A stretch of DNA of 64,000 nucleotides from Candidatus Latescibacterota bacterium (lineage in GTDB: Bacteria > Latescibacterota > CBDEFO01), in assembly GCA_965248755.1 (NCBI GenBank), contig OZ252149.1, forward strand, positions 4,252,314 through 4,316,313. The letters are read 5' to 3'. Below are positions 41,666-52,279 of this stretch, one piece after another. The notes below the pieces were generated by a model, which was given only the letters and a program-made list of their open reading frames with translations, was not told the origin of the DNA and searched no databases. Every line of letters begins with the position of its first letter. The stretch's first letter is position 1. Position numbers and translations under genes: made by a program.

Positions 41666-42822
41666 GAATTTACTTCATAGCTCCTGCTTATCCTCTAAGA
41701 GGTGGCATAGCTCAATACACAGCTCTACTTTACAAGAAAATGCAAGAGAGAGGACACGGGGTGAAAATCATCTCGTTCAAACGGCAGTACCCGGAGTTCC
41801 TCTTCCCCGGAAAGACACAGAAGGAGAGTGGAAAACAGATCATTCGTACCGATAGCGAGGCCATAATCGACACTCTCAATCCGCTGACCTGGCTTAAGGC
41901 TTTTGCAAAGATCAAAGCCGAGCGACCTGACCTGATAATCTTCAAGTACTGGCTCCCTTTCTTTGCTCCCTGCTATATCACCATCTCACTCTTGGTGCGC
42001 CTTTTTACAGAGTATAAAGTCCTTTACATCTGCCACAACATAATCCCTCACGAAAAGCGTCTGGGAGACACTGTACTTACAAAGATAGCCCTGAGATACT
42101 CAGACTACTTCATCGTCCTATCGGACGCGGTCAAAGGTGATCTCCTCAGATTCCGTCCCGACGCTGTGTATAGAAAAGTGCCGCTTCCTGTCTATGATTT
42201 ATTCCACACAAACTACGATAAAATTACAGCCAGACGAAAGCTCAAAATCCAAAAGGAGAGGGTCATCCTGTTTTTCGGATACATAAGGGCTTATAAGGGC
42301 CTGCATCTTATTTTGCAGGCTATGCCCTACGTCCTTAAGCACATAGACATCACCCTCGTAGTTGCCGGAGAGTTTTACGATTCGAAAGAGAAGTACACAG
42401 ACCTTATTGAAGAGCTCAATCTAAATGATCACGTGGAGATATTCGACAGCTTTATACCGGACGAAGAAGTAGGGACCTATTTTGCCGCCGCAGACGCCGT
42501 AGTACTCCCCTATATATCCGCCACGCAGAGCGCAATCGCTCAGATAGCCTACAACTTCGATAAGCCGGTCATAGCCACAGATGTTGGAGGTCTTTCAGAA
42601 GTCGTAGTCAACGAAAAGACAGGCTACATCGTCTGCCCCGAAGATCCTGAGGCTTTCGCAGATGCCATCGTCAAATTCTACTCCCAGAACAAAAATCGGG
42701 AATTCGTTTCGAACGTCAAAGTGGAAAAGGGCAAATATTCGTGGGACAGGATGGCAGAGGCTGTAGAGAGCCTGTTAGCCACAGGGTCAAGCCGTTCCTC
42801 GAAGAGAGGAGAGTCCCGATAA
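41662..42822 (+). CDS. glycosyltransferase family 4 (group 1)
   Basis: C-terminal GT4-like core VVLPYISATQSAIAQIAYNFDKPVIATDVGGLSEVV. Confidence 0.75.
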   Translation: MRIYFIAPAYPLRGGIAQYTALLYKKMQERGHGVKIISFKRQYPEFLFPGKTQKESGKQIIRTDSEAIIDTLNPLTWLKAFAKIKAERPDLIIFKYWLPFFAPCYITISLLVRLFTEYKVLYICHNIIPHEKRLGDTVLTKIALRYSDYFIVLSDAVKGDLLRFRPDAVYRKVPLPVYDLFHTNYDKITARRKLKIQKERVILFFGYIRAYKGLHLILQAMPYVLKHIDITLVVAGEFYDSKEKYTDLIEELNLNDHVEIFDSFIPDEEVGTYFAAADAVVLPYISATQSAIAQIAYNFDKPVIATDVGGLSEVVVNEKTGYIVCPEDPEAFADAIVKFYSQNKNREFVSNVKVEKGKYSWDRMAEAVESLLATGSSRSSKRGESR

Positions 42823-42828
42823 GAAAGT

Positions 42829-43782
42829 ATGGATGAAAAGAAAGAGACATCACAGAACAGCGTTGCAAGTTCCGATCTGCCGTTGGTCTTTGTGATCGTT
42901 TTAAACTGGAACGGGAAAGAGGATCTGTTGCGGTGTCTGGGTTCACTTTCCGGGGTCGAATACGGCAATTTCAAAACGCTGGTGGTTGACAACGCTTCTG
43001 AGGACGGCTCCGTCCAGGCAGTCAGGGAGAATTTCCCCGAAGTTAAGGTCATCCAGAACAGCCGGAACTTGATGTTCTCCGAGGGTAACAACGTCGGGAT
43101 GGAATATGCTTTAAGCCAAAGCTCCGATTATGTTCTCCTGCTAAATAATGACATTGTAGTCGCTCCGCAGTTTCTAACCGAGATGGTCTTGGTGGCTCAA
43201 AGCGATCCTCTTATCGGGATGGTAGGACCCAAAATATACTATTATGATAATCCCCAAAGGTTATGGTTCGCAGGTGGAAAGGTGGAATTATGGAGGGGAA
43301 GGATAAGCCATTTAGGAATAAGAGAGTTCGATTCTGGGCAGTACGATTCTACAAGGGATATAGATTATGTAACAGGCTGTGCGATTCTGGTCAAAAGAGA
43401 AGTCATAGCAAAAGTCGGTATGCTCGATGCTTCGTATTATATTTACTCGGAGGATGTGGACTGGTGCTGGAGAGCTAAAAACGCCCAATATAGATCGGTA
43501 TTAGCACCAAAGGCTAAAATCTGGCATAGGATTTCAGCCTCTACAGGAGGAGAATTGACGCCGTTCAAGGTATACTGGAGGATAAAAAGCAGCTTAAGAT
43601 TCTACAGAAGATACGCAAGTTGGTATCATTGGCTGACGGTGCCTATATTCGTCTCTTTTGACACAGCCAAGTTTGCATTAAGGCAGATATTTAAGGGGAA
43701 TTTTGAGATAGTGTCCTCACTGTTGAGAGGCTTTAAGGACTCGCTTACAGGGAGCAAAGTTCCGACTGGAACAATACGATAA
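42829..43782 (+). CDS. glycosyltransferase family 2
   Basis: VIVLNWNGKEDLLRCL...VVDNASEDGS...LLLNNDIVV pattern. Confidence 0.75.
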   Translation: MDEKKETSQNSVASSDLPLVFVIVLNWNGKEDLLRCLGSLSGVEYGNFKTLVVDNASEDGSVQAVRENFPEVKVIQNSRNLMFSEGNNVGMEYALSQSSDYVLLLNNDIVVAPQFLTEMVLVAQSDPLIGMVGPKIYYYDNPQRLWFAGGKVELWRGRISHLGIREFDSGQYDSTRDIDYVTGCAILVKREVIAKVGMLDASYYIYSEDVDWCWRAKNAQYRSVLAPKAKIWHRISASTGGELTPFKVYWRIKSSLRFYRRYASWYHWLTVPIFVSFDTAKFALRQIFKGNFEIVSSLLRGFKDSLTGSKVPTGTIR

Positions 43783-43800
43783 GCGGCCGAATATAAATAG

Positions 43801-45141
43801 ATGCAACTGAGCAGGTATCTACACGAGGGCATCTGGGCGTTTCTGGATAAGTCCCTGCCCCTTATTTACGGCGTCTTTTTTATAGTCCTTGTGATTCGGA
43901 CACTGCCTGAGGAGGAATATGGACTCTTTGTTTTAACTTATAATGGCATATTCATCACACTGACGTTAATTAGCAAGACTCTGATACTACAGCCGATGAT
44001 AAAATATGTATCAGAAAAGGATGATACTAAAGCTGTAGTTACCCAAACGATATTTCTCAATTTTGCCATATTAGCGCTCTTTGTGCTTATCGTTATCCCG
44101 TCTTCGCCGATTGTAGCCAGGTTATTCCATTCATCTCGACTTGTTCCCCTTTTGAAGTTTGTGCCCTTTTTGTTAGCAGCCCACTTTATGAAGGACATAA
44201 CCTTGGGACTGCTCACCGCCAAATATCGGATGAAGGAGGTATTTTGTCTTGACGCTGTCTATTTTCTCGGCTCTGCCCTTTTGATGCTGGTCTATAATCT
44301 GATGGGCCGTATGGACAGCGCACAAGACGTGTTGACGATTACGTGTTTTACGGCACTGGCAGCCTCGATAGCAGGGACTTTCCTGTCGAGGGACCTGTTA
44401 AGGCTCGACTGGAAAATAGACTTCAACACTATAAGGACAATTCTTAACTTCGGCAAGTACACTTTGGGTTCGGGCGTTGGAAATATACTGCATACTCAGA
44501 TAGACACCCTTATGATCGGCTACTTTTACGATCCCTTTCAGGTCGCCTTGTACAACGCCGCCAAGATCTTTTTCAAGATATACAATGTCTTCTCACAGGC
44601 AATAAGCATGTTAGTTTTCCCGTTAGTCTCGAAGTTGCACGCAGAGGGCAAGCAAGATGAGATCAAAGCGCTCTTTGAAAAGATGGTCTGTTTTTATTAT
44701 ATTATTCTGATCCCCTTTAATTTAGTGCTGTTGGTACTTTCAAAAGAGATATTTGAAATTGCCTATGCAGGCAGATATCCTGACTCTGCTAAGATATTTA
44801 TAGTTTTAATTATCGGGACGTTCCTAAGCCCATTAGGAACTGTAGGTTCTAACATTATCCTTGGAATCGAAAAGCCCAAGATCAATTTTAGAATTACCTG
44901 GCTTGCGGTAGCCTCCAATGTAATCTTGAATCTTCTATTTATTCCCAGATATGGAGCCTTCGGAGCCGCGGTTGCCACTGTTTTCTCCATGGGGATCGGT
45001 TATATACTTATTGCTGTGTTCACAAAAAGGATAACCGGCGCAACCTTTACAGGTGTCCTTGTAAGAGTGAAAGATGCGGCAAACTTTGGGAGGGAGATAT
45101 TGAGTAATGTGCAAAAAAACTTTTCTGGAGAGATACGATAG
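43801..45141 (+). CDS. polysaccharide biosynthesis membrane protein (Wzx-like flippase, MOP superfamily)
   Basis: 446 aa, about 12 predicted TM helices, position within GT cluster. Confidence 0.6.
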   Translation: MQLSRYLHEGIWAFLDKSLPLIYGVFFIVLVIRTLPEEEYGLFVLTYNGIFITLTLISKTLILQPMIKYVSEKDDTKAVVTQTIFLNFAILALFVLIVIPSSPIVARLFHSSRLVPLLKFVPFLLAAHFMKDITLGLLTAKYRMKEVFCLDAVYFLGSALLMLVYNLMGRMDSAQDVLTITCFTALAASIAGTFLSRDLLRLDWKIDFNTIRTILNFGKYTLGSGVGNILHTQIDTLMIGYFYDPFQVALYNAAKIFFKIYNVFSQAISMLVFPLVSKLHAEGKQDEIKALFEKMVCFYYIILIPFNLVLLVLSKEIFEIAYAGRYPDSAKIFIVLIIGTFLSPLGTVGSNIILGIEKPKINFRITWLAVASNVILNLLFIPRYGAFGAAVATVFSMGIGYILIAVFTKRITGATFTGVLVRVKDAANFGREILSNVQKNFSGEIR

Positions 45142-45168
45142 GGATTTATCCTGACGGGGAAGTTCCGA

Positions 45169-45828
45169 ATGAAATTTAATCCTTCATATGTGGAAGAACG
45201 TCCTGATGTACTTTCACTAATCCGGCCTGGCATAAGAAATTTGCTTGACATTGGCTGTAGTGATGGAACATTTGCCCTGTCTGTGAAGAATAAATTCAAA
45301 TCTGTAGAGGTCTTAGGAGTTGAACTTGATCCTTCTATGGCTTCTGTTGCTAAACAAAGATTAGATATGGTTCATATTGCTGATTTAAACAAGGTTAATC
45401 TCAGTAATCTTTTTCCAGAGAAAACATTTGATTGTATAGTAATGGCAGATGTTTTAGAGCACCTTATTGATCCATGGAATATCATCAAACAAGCTTCATC
45501 TCTTTTGGCTGACAATGGAAGGATTGTTACAAGTATCCCAAATGTTCGTCACATTTCTACAGTTATAAGTCTAGTATTGAAAGGGAAATGGCCATACAGA
45601 AAACGTGGCATTCATGACATGAACCATCTACGATTCTTTACTCATTCAAACATTGTCGAAATGTTTGATAAAGCAGAATTGAAAATAGTTAGAGAAAAAA
45701 GGAATATGAGGATTGTTGAGCGCAGTTTTAAAAAAATAGATATATTTGCTAAGTTATTTGATATTCTAGGATTAAGAGAGTTTTTTACAATTCAGTATTT
45801 ACATGAATGTGTTCTATCTGACGAATAA
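45169..45828 (+). CDS. SAM-dependent methyltransferase
   Basis: LLDIGCSDGTFALSV (motif I) and IVMADVLEHLIDP. Confidence 0.7.
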   Translation: MKFNPSYVEERPDVLSLIRPGIRNLLDIGCSDGTFALSVKNKFKSVEVLGVELDPSMASVAKQRLDMVHIADLNKVNLSNLFPEKTFDCIVMADVLEHLIDPWNIIKQASSLLADNGRIVTSIPNVRHISTVISLVLKGKWPYRKRGIHDMNHLRFFTHSNIVEMFDKAELKIVREKRNMRIVERSFKKIDIFAKLFDILGLREFFTIQYLHECVLSDE

Positions 45829-45994
45829 AAGAATCCGTGGTTTTCAGCGGGCTTACAGCGTCTAAGAGAGTAACATCTGGATGGTCACTATTCATCATTA
45901 GACTCAGGGAATTCGCGATGCTCAAGATCGCTTTCGCCAGGAAACTTATCCAGGGGAACATAACCGTAAGACGCGTTGAAGGAGCAAAGCCAAG

Positions 45995-46927
45995 ATGGAT
46001 AGAAGGGTTAGCATCTTTATTCTTAACTACAACGGAAGAGATCTTTTAGAGGAATATCTTCCTTCTGTAATGGAGGCTGTGGAGTACGATAGCGGCGGAC
46101 ACGAGATTGTCGTTGTAGACAATCTCAGCACGGATGACAGCGTGGAGTTTGTGGAGAGGAACTTCCCTGGGGTCTGTGTCAAGAGGATGGAGGTAAACAG
46201 ACTGTTCTTTTCTTATAATCGGGTCGTAAAAGAGTGTAAAAACGATTATATTATCCTCCTAAACACCGATGTGAAGGTTGTAGAGCCCCACTTTGTAAGT
46301 CCTCTTTTAAGACATTTTTCTGATCCCGATGTCTTTGCAGTTATGCCCAAGGTCCTATCCGACAATCCTTCAGCAGAGTACCTTTGCAGATGTCCCGGTG
46401 TCTTTTGGCGGGGTTTTCTAAAGGCAGAGAAACGGGAAAAGTTTCCGGGGAGCGGATTTACACTCTTTGCGCTTGGAGGAGCAGCCGCCTACGACAGAGA
46501 GAAGTTTTTGGAACTCGGTGGATTCGATGATATTTATTACCCCGGGTATTCTGAAGACGTGGATATTTCCTATTTAGCGTGGATGAGAGGATGGAAGATT
46601 ATCTTTGAACCTGAAAGCGTGGTGTTTCACAAGAAAGGCACTACGTTCAAAAGGACTTATAAAGATGATATGATACAGGCGCAAGAGGAGAAGGTAGCGA
46701 TGCTCTTTGTCCTAAAGAATATATCTGATAGAAAGCTATTAGCAAGTTTTCTCTTTTGGTCGGTGCTCAGATTGGGTCAAAGGATTTTACAAACTAACTA
46801 CCCTAAAATAAAGGCTTATTGGAATATTATAAAAGATTTACCCAGGATTTTGTCGTCTCGAAACAGGACGAAGGCTTTCAGGAAGATTTCAGATAGGGAG
46901 ATACTTCAAATCATAAGGGATAATTAG
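45995..46927 (+). CDS. glycosyltransferase family 2
   Basis: VSIFILNYNGRDLLEEYL...VVDNLSTDDS...LLNTDVKV pattern. Confidence 0.75.
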   Translation: MDRRVSIFILNYNGRDLLEEYLPSVMEAVEYDSGGHEIVVVDNLSTDDSVEFVERNFPGVCVKRMEVNRLFFSYNRVVKECKNDYIILLNTDVKVVEPHFVSPLLRHFSDPDVFAVMPKVLSDNPSAEYLCRCPGVFWRGFLKAEKREKFPGSGFTLFALGGAAAYDREKFLELGGFDDIYYPGYSEDVDISYLAWMRGWKIIFEPESVVFHKKGTTFKRTYKDDMIQAQEEKVAMLFVLKNISDRKLLASFLFWSVLRLGQRILQTNYPKIKAYWNIIKDLPRILSSRNRTKAFRKISDREILQIIRDN

Positions 46928-47084
46928 TTTGAACGCTTGCAGGGGAGCATTTCATAGTCAGCCGGAAGTTCCTTGGAAGAGATAGTTTCTATGGCAGAGG
47001 AACTGTAGGTCCTGCCGGGGAAGACAGTGCGGTTCAGCTCCTTGCAGAATATAAAAAACTGTGTAAGGAGAAAAGGGAACAAAA

Positions 47085-48176
47085 TTGAAGATCATCTTAT
47101 CAGCAGGGGTTCGACCTAAGTTTATGAAGGTTGCACCGCTTGTGGAGGAGATTAGGAAGTTTCCGGAGAATCTTCAGGCTTCTCTCATTCACACAGGATA
47201 GCACTACGATGATCCAATGTCCAGGGTGTTCTTCTGTGATCTGAAACTTCCCAAACCGGACAGATATTTGAACGTGGGATCGGGAACTCACGCAGTCCAG
47301 ACGGCCGGAGTGATGGTGGTATTTGAGCAGGTACTTTTAGAGGAAATGCCAGATTTAGTAATAGTGGTGGGAGATGTGAACTCGACTTTAGGGTGCGCAC
47401 TTATCGCCGCCAAACTGGGCATTAAGCTGGCGCACGTGGAAGCAGGACTGCGCAGTTGGGACCGCACGATGCCTGAGGAGATTAATCGGGTTGTGACCGA
47501 CTTAATTTCGGATCTACTGTTCACACCTTCGGAGCATGCAGACGAGAACCTACTCCACGAGGGGATACCCCAAGAGAAGATATTTTTCGTGGGGAATATA
47601 ATGGTCGATTCTCTGCTTAGATCTAAGCGGATAGCGTTAAGATCCAAGATCCTGGAAGAGATAGGTTCAGCAGAAGACAACTACTGTCTGGTGACGCTGC
47701 ACCGTCCATCTAACGTCGATGTAAAGGGGGTCCTATCTGGAATCATCAATGCATTAGACAAGATTCAGGAGCAGATTAAGGTAGTCTTTCCCGCTCATCC
47801 CAGGACGCAAAAGATGCTCCGGGACTTTGAACTGCTCAGAGTCTTGGAGGGTATGGATAATCTGACTTTGATAGAACCCTTAGGCTATCTGGATTTCTTG
47901 AAGCTTGAGATATGCGCAGAGGTAGTGTTGACCGATTCCGGTGGGATACAAGCGGAGACGACAGTTTTAGGGGTGCCGTGTCTAACTTTGAGGGAGAATA
48001 CGGAAAGCCCCACGACTGTCGAGATCGGGACAAATCTGGTCGTGGGAAACCGAGAAGATGATATCGTGGTTGCAGTATATAAGGTTCTACAAAGTAAGGG
48101 TAAAAAGTGGAGCATTACAAAATTCTGGGATGGTCGAACATCAGAGCGGATCGTCAGGATATTGAAAGGTATTTAA
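47085..48176 (+). pseudogene. wecB: UDP-N-acetylglucosamine 2-epimerase (non-hydrolysing) with in-frame amber codon at 47199-47201
   Basis: TTG start after GGAG; translation LKIILSAGVRPKFMKVAPLVEE...SLIHTG-stop-HYDDPMS continues in the same frame into ORF 47217..48176; the stop sits where this family usually has Gln. Confidence 0.65.
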
Positions 48177-48234
48177 GCCTGATTTAAGTGCGCCGTTATC
48201 CAATGCACAAGATCGATACCGTCAGCATTAACAG

Positions 48235-49395
48235 GTGACAAGACAGATGTTAAAACTTGTGGTCTTTTCGGAGATCAAGTGGAGTTACCTAAAAACTCGC
48301 AAACAACAGATCATAAGTCGATTTCCAAAAGATTGGCGCATACTTTTCATTGAGCCTTTTGTCCTCGGCACACGCAATCAGTTCTTGCCAAAAAAGACAC
48401 AAAACGTCATACACGCAACAGTCCCGTTTTTCAAAATCGTTCCGGAGGGGGTTGTACGAAGAACATTAGATGAGAGAATCGCCAGAGCTATTATCAGTAC
48501 TTTAGTCTTTTTATGGGTAAAAGCGATCTTCTTATTAACCGGCTTCACCGGAAAAAAGAGGGTCTTTTTCGTATCTAATATATACTACTCTTATGTTGTG
48601 CAAAGGCTTGCCAAAGCTCTCGTGCTATACGACTGCAACGACAATCCTTTAGCATTTCCCGGCACTCCCGGGTGGGCTGAAGGTTATTTTCATAAACTCA
48701 GTCGGCTCTCCGACGTGATATTTTACTCCGCTGTGGAGCTCAGCAAAAAGGTAGATTCTTGCCAAAGGCACAAGACAGTTTTCATCGGCAACGGAGTCGA
48801 TTTCGAACTCTTTCAAGGAGAGCTAGTACACGACGAAGGGGCCCTGGAACTTAATCGCATTTCTGGGACGATTATCGCTTATGTTGGAGCTATCGATAGT
48901 CGGATGGATTTCCAGTTATTGGCTAAGATCGCCTCTGCATATCCGTCTGCTTCGATGGTATTCATAGGCCCGGTGGCTCCCAAGGTATCCGAAGAAGTCC
49001 AAGAGCTGAAGGAATACCCCAATATTTTTCTTTTAGGCACGAAGGTGCACGATGTTCTACCGTCGTATTTGAAAAGGGCTAAGGTATGTATTATCCCATT
49101 TGTAAAAAATGAGCTTACCGCCTCAGTAAATCCGGATAAGCTATATGAGTACTTAGCGGCAGGAAAGCCTGTAGTGACGTTGGATTTTTCCCCTGAAGTG
49201 TCTCAATACAGTGAGATCATTTATGTAGCTTGTGACCACGAAGATTTTACCAAGAAGGTGGGCCTGGCTCTAAGTAAGGAGCATGATACGGAGAAAATGA
49301 AGGCTATAGCCCGGGCAAACGATTGGAGTCAGAAGGCAAAGCAGATGATAGCTATTATTGACGAGTGCCTTAATAATAAGAAAGATTGCTCGTAG
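48235..49395 (+). CDS. glycosyltransferase, group 1-like
   Basis: C-terminal half has GT1/GT4 pattern (AYVGAIDSRMD...FIGPVAP...IPF...KLYEYLAAGKPVV). Confidence 0.6.
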   Translation: MTRQMLKLVVFSEIKWSYLKTRKQQIISRFPKDWRILFIEPFVLGTRNQFLPKKTQNVIHATVPFFKIVPEGVVRRTLDERIARAIISTLVFLWVKAIFLLTGFTGKKRVFFVSNIYYSYVVQRLAKALVLYDCNDNPLAFPGTPGWAEGYFHKLSRLSDVIFYSAVELSKKVDSCQRHKTVFIGNGVDFELFQGELVHDEGALELNRISGTIIAYVGAIDSRMDFQLLAKIASAYPSASMVFIGPVAPKVSEEVQELKEYPNIFLLGTKVHDVLPSYLKRAKVCIIPFVKNELTASVNPDKLYEYLAAGKPVVTLDFSPEVSQYSEIIYVACDHEDFTKKVGLALSKEHDTEKMKAIARANDWSQKAKQMIAIIDECLNNKKDCS

Positions 49396-49495
49396 GCGAT
49401 ACACTGCTCCCCATCCTCAAAGAGAGTTTCACTGGGAACTTGTCTCCTTGTGTCTTAGCTTCTTCACTGTACCATCCCCAAAGTGTTGAACACAG

Positions 49496-49717
49496 TTGAC
49501 AGCTTGCCTGAAAGAATATTACACCATACTGTTCCCCGTGGAATGCATGGGATTTAATTCTGCCCCTGAGGTTACCGCCAAAGTGTTAAAGAGGGGATAT
49601 AAAATCTACGAAGTACCGATTTCATACGGTCCGAGAGGAAAAGAAAAGGGCAAGAAGCTACGCTGGAACGTCGGCTTAAAGGCTATTTGTACTCTGATAA
49701 AATATCGTTTTCTGTAA
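49496..49717 (+). pseudogene. C-terminal fragment of a GT2 polyprenyl-phosphate glycosyltransferase (gene remnant)
   Basis: Only about 50 aa (RGYKIYEVPISYGPRGKEKGKKLRW...) resembling the tail of GtrB/ArnC-like GT2 enzymes such as the intact paralogue at 52257..53225. Confidence 0.4.
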
Positions 49718-49801
49718 GGTTTTTATCAGGAGGAGGTTGTCATTAATTCCAAAAGACAAAAAAGGGCCCAAAAAAGGAAACCGAGCGCAGGGGAGCCCAA
49801 A

Positions 49802-52279
49802 ATGTCAGCCTTCGTATTCTCCGAAAGAGGAAAAGAACTGATAGCGTGCTGTTTAATATTCGTATTAGTCCTGATATTGTTTCGCGAAGTGATCTTTCAG
49901 AATAAGAGCTTTGTCGTTCCGGACAGCAAGGCTCCCGCCGCTTTGACGGCACCTATGAGCGAGTCGTTGAACAACGATGGTATCTATCCGCTCTGGCATC
50001 CCTATATCTTCAGCGGTATGCCCTCCTTTGCAAGTCTGATATACAACCCCTATGTCTATGTACTCGGTGCCCTTATGTCTATATTCAATTTTGTTCTGCC
50101 TCCACTGAGCTGGCTTTGGATACACTATTTTCTGGCTGGATTTTTTACATTTATCTTGATGAGGTCGAAGAAGATAAGCATTTCGGGAGCTCTCCTTTCG
50201 GCAGTGACCTTTACCTTCACGCCGTACTTGGTGGCTATGGGGACGTTCGGGCACGGGAGCCAGATGATGACAGCTGCATATATACCCTTGGCTTTTTGGG
50301 CAGTCGACAGGCTCCTCGAAAAGAGGAGCATCCTGTATATCGCCTTGACGGCGTTAGCGCTCGGCCTTCAACTGCAAAGAGGTCACGTCCAGATTGCGTA
50401 CTACACCTGGATGATGCTCGGCCTCTACTTTGTCTATTTTTCGTACTTGAGGCTTCGATCCGGAGCATCGGCTACGGACGTCTTGAAAACTGGCGGACTT
50501 TTAGCCATAGCCCTGGTATGGGCGTTTGCCTTAGCCTCTGTCCTCTACCTGCCCGTTTACAACTATACTCCCTATTCCATACGGGGCGGCGGTTCAGAAG
50601 GTGGCGTGGGATTCGAATATGCCACTGGTTGGTCGTTTCATCCTAAGGAGATGCTGACCTTCTTGGTGCCCTCTTTCTTCGGCTTCGGCGGCATTACCTA
50701 CTGGGGAAAGATGCCCTTCACCGATTTCCCCAACTATATGGGCCTAATCCCGCTTTTTCTTGCAATCTTAGCGCTGATCTGGAGGAGGAACAAGACTACC
50801 GTCTTTTTCGGAATCCTCATATTCGTCTCACTTTTGGCATCCTTCGGCAGACATTTTTTCTTCTACCAGTTCCTCTACGACTTTCTGCCCTTCTTCAAAA
50901 AGTTCCGCGTGCCCGTCATGATCCTTATAATGGTTCAATTTTCCGTCGCCGTGATGGCGGGCTATGGGCTGGACAATCTGATTAGATTTTCCCGGGAAAA
51001 GATGGAAAAAACTACAAGCGAAAAGATTAAGAGGCTCACAAAGCGCCTCGCCATCGCCATCGGAGTCCTGATAGCCGCAGGCTTGATCCTGAGCCTTGGA
51101 AAGAAGTCGTTTTTCGGGACAATGTCAGAGATATATCCCCAAAGTGCCAGATACACCATTTTGGAACTTAATCAGATGAGATTCGACATGTTCTATAAGG
51201 ATACCTGGAAGATGATATTTCTCTTTGCTATCGGGGGCGGCATAACTATCGGACTTTTAAAAAGATATGTAAGGCCTCATCTTTTCGGAATAGCTCTCCT
51301 TTTTCTGGCGACAGCAGACCTGTGGTTGGTAGACTTTAAGCTCATTCGTCCCTCTGGGCGGGGAGAGATGAACCGGTATTTAGCTCAGGATGAGACGATA
51401 GAGTTCATAAAAAGGGATGAGGACATCTTTCGAATATTCCCTGTAGGCAGGCTCTTTTCGGATAACAAATGGGCCGCACATCGCATCTTTTCTATCGGGG
51501 GATACCACGCGGCCAAGTTGAAGATATATCAGGAATTTTTGAGCGAGCAAGGCATCCCCGAGGGATTCCTTGCGAAGTACCTGAAGCCCTCTCGTACCAC
51601 CGAGCAGGGCTACGTCCTGAAGGATATAGACGAAGTTTCACTCAAAGATCGCCGCGCCCACTCTGCGGCTCTGGACATGCTGAATGTCAAATACGTCGTC
51701 TCTCCATATCCTATCCCCGATCCACAGTACAGGTTAGTGGCACAGAAGAAGGGCTATATAGACCGACATGAAACTTCACTGAACATCTATCAAAAGCAGA
51801 GTGTGCTCCCGAGAACCTTTCTTGTCGGGAAAGTCAAAGTCGTCCCAGACGAAAACAAAATCCTGGATGAGATGAGATCCGGGGCGTTCGACCCCCACGA
51901 GTATGCCCTTTTGGAGGAAGTTCCCGAGTTTGAACCTGAAAGTGTCGAAAGCAGCTTTGCAAGGATCACAGATTATGGAATTCATAACATAAAGCTTGAG
52001 GCTTCCAACCTCAAGCCCTGTCTTTTGGTCTTAAGTGAGATATATTATCCTGAAGGTTGGAAAGCTCGTCTGGATGGGGAAGAGGTAAAAATATACAAGA
52101 CTAACTACCTGCTCAGGTCAATCCTCCTTCCTCCCGGTGATCACAGGGTTGAGTTTGTCTTCGATCCCTGGGATTTTAAGTTGGGGCTTTGGATAAGCGT
52201 TGGGGCATGGGCACTGCTGATAGGCTTACTTTCTCTGAAAGGGGTACGATATTATCGTGCAGAAAGAGGACAAAAGTAG
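49802..52279 (+). CDS. YfhO-family polytopic membrane protein (GT-C-like glycosyltransferase)
   Basis: 825 aa; N-terminal multi-TM domain, large extracytoplasmic domain, C-terminal TM; family assignment by overall architecture. Confidence 0.65.
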   Translation: MSAFVFSERGKELIACCLIFVLVLILFREVIFQNKSFVVPDSKAPAALTAPMSESLNNDGIYPLWHPYIFSGMPSFASLIYNPYVYVLGALMSIFNFVLPPLSWLWIHYFLAGFFTFILMRSKKISISGALLSAVTFTFTPYLVAMGTFGHGSQMMTAAYIPLAFWAVDRLLEKRSILYIALTALALGLQLQRGHVQIAYYTWMMLGLYFVYFSYLRLRSGASATDVLKTGGLLAIALVWAFALASVLYLPVYNYTPYSIRGGGSEGGVGFEYATGWSFHPKEMLTFLVPSFFGFGGITYWGKMPFTDFPNYMGLIPLFLAILALIWRRNKTTVFFGILIFVSLLASFGRHFFFYQFLYDFLPFFKKFRVPVMILIMVQFSVAVMAGYGLDNLIRFSREKMEKTTSEKIKRLTKRLAIAIGVLIAAGLILSLGKKSFFGTMSEIYPQSARYTILELNQMRFDMFYKDTWKMIFLFAIGGGITIGLLKRYVRPHLFGIALLFLATADLWLVDFKLIRPSGRGEMNRYLAQDETIEFIKRDEDIFRIFPVGRLFSDNKWAAHRIFSIGGYHAAKLKIYQEFLSEQGIPEGFLAKYLKPSRTTEQGYVLKDIDEVSLKDRRAHSAALDMLNVKYVVSPYPIPDPQYRLVAQKKGYIDRHETSLNIYQKQSVLPRTFLVGKVKVVPDENKILDEMRSGAFDPHEYALLEEVPEFEPESVESSFARITDYGIHNIKLEASNLKPCLLVLSEIYYPEGWKARLDGEEVKIYKTNYLLRSILLPPGDHRVEFVFDPWDFKLGLWISVGAWALLIGLLSLKGVRYYRAERGQK

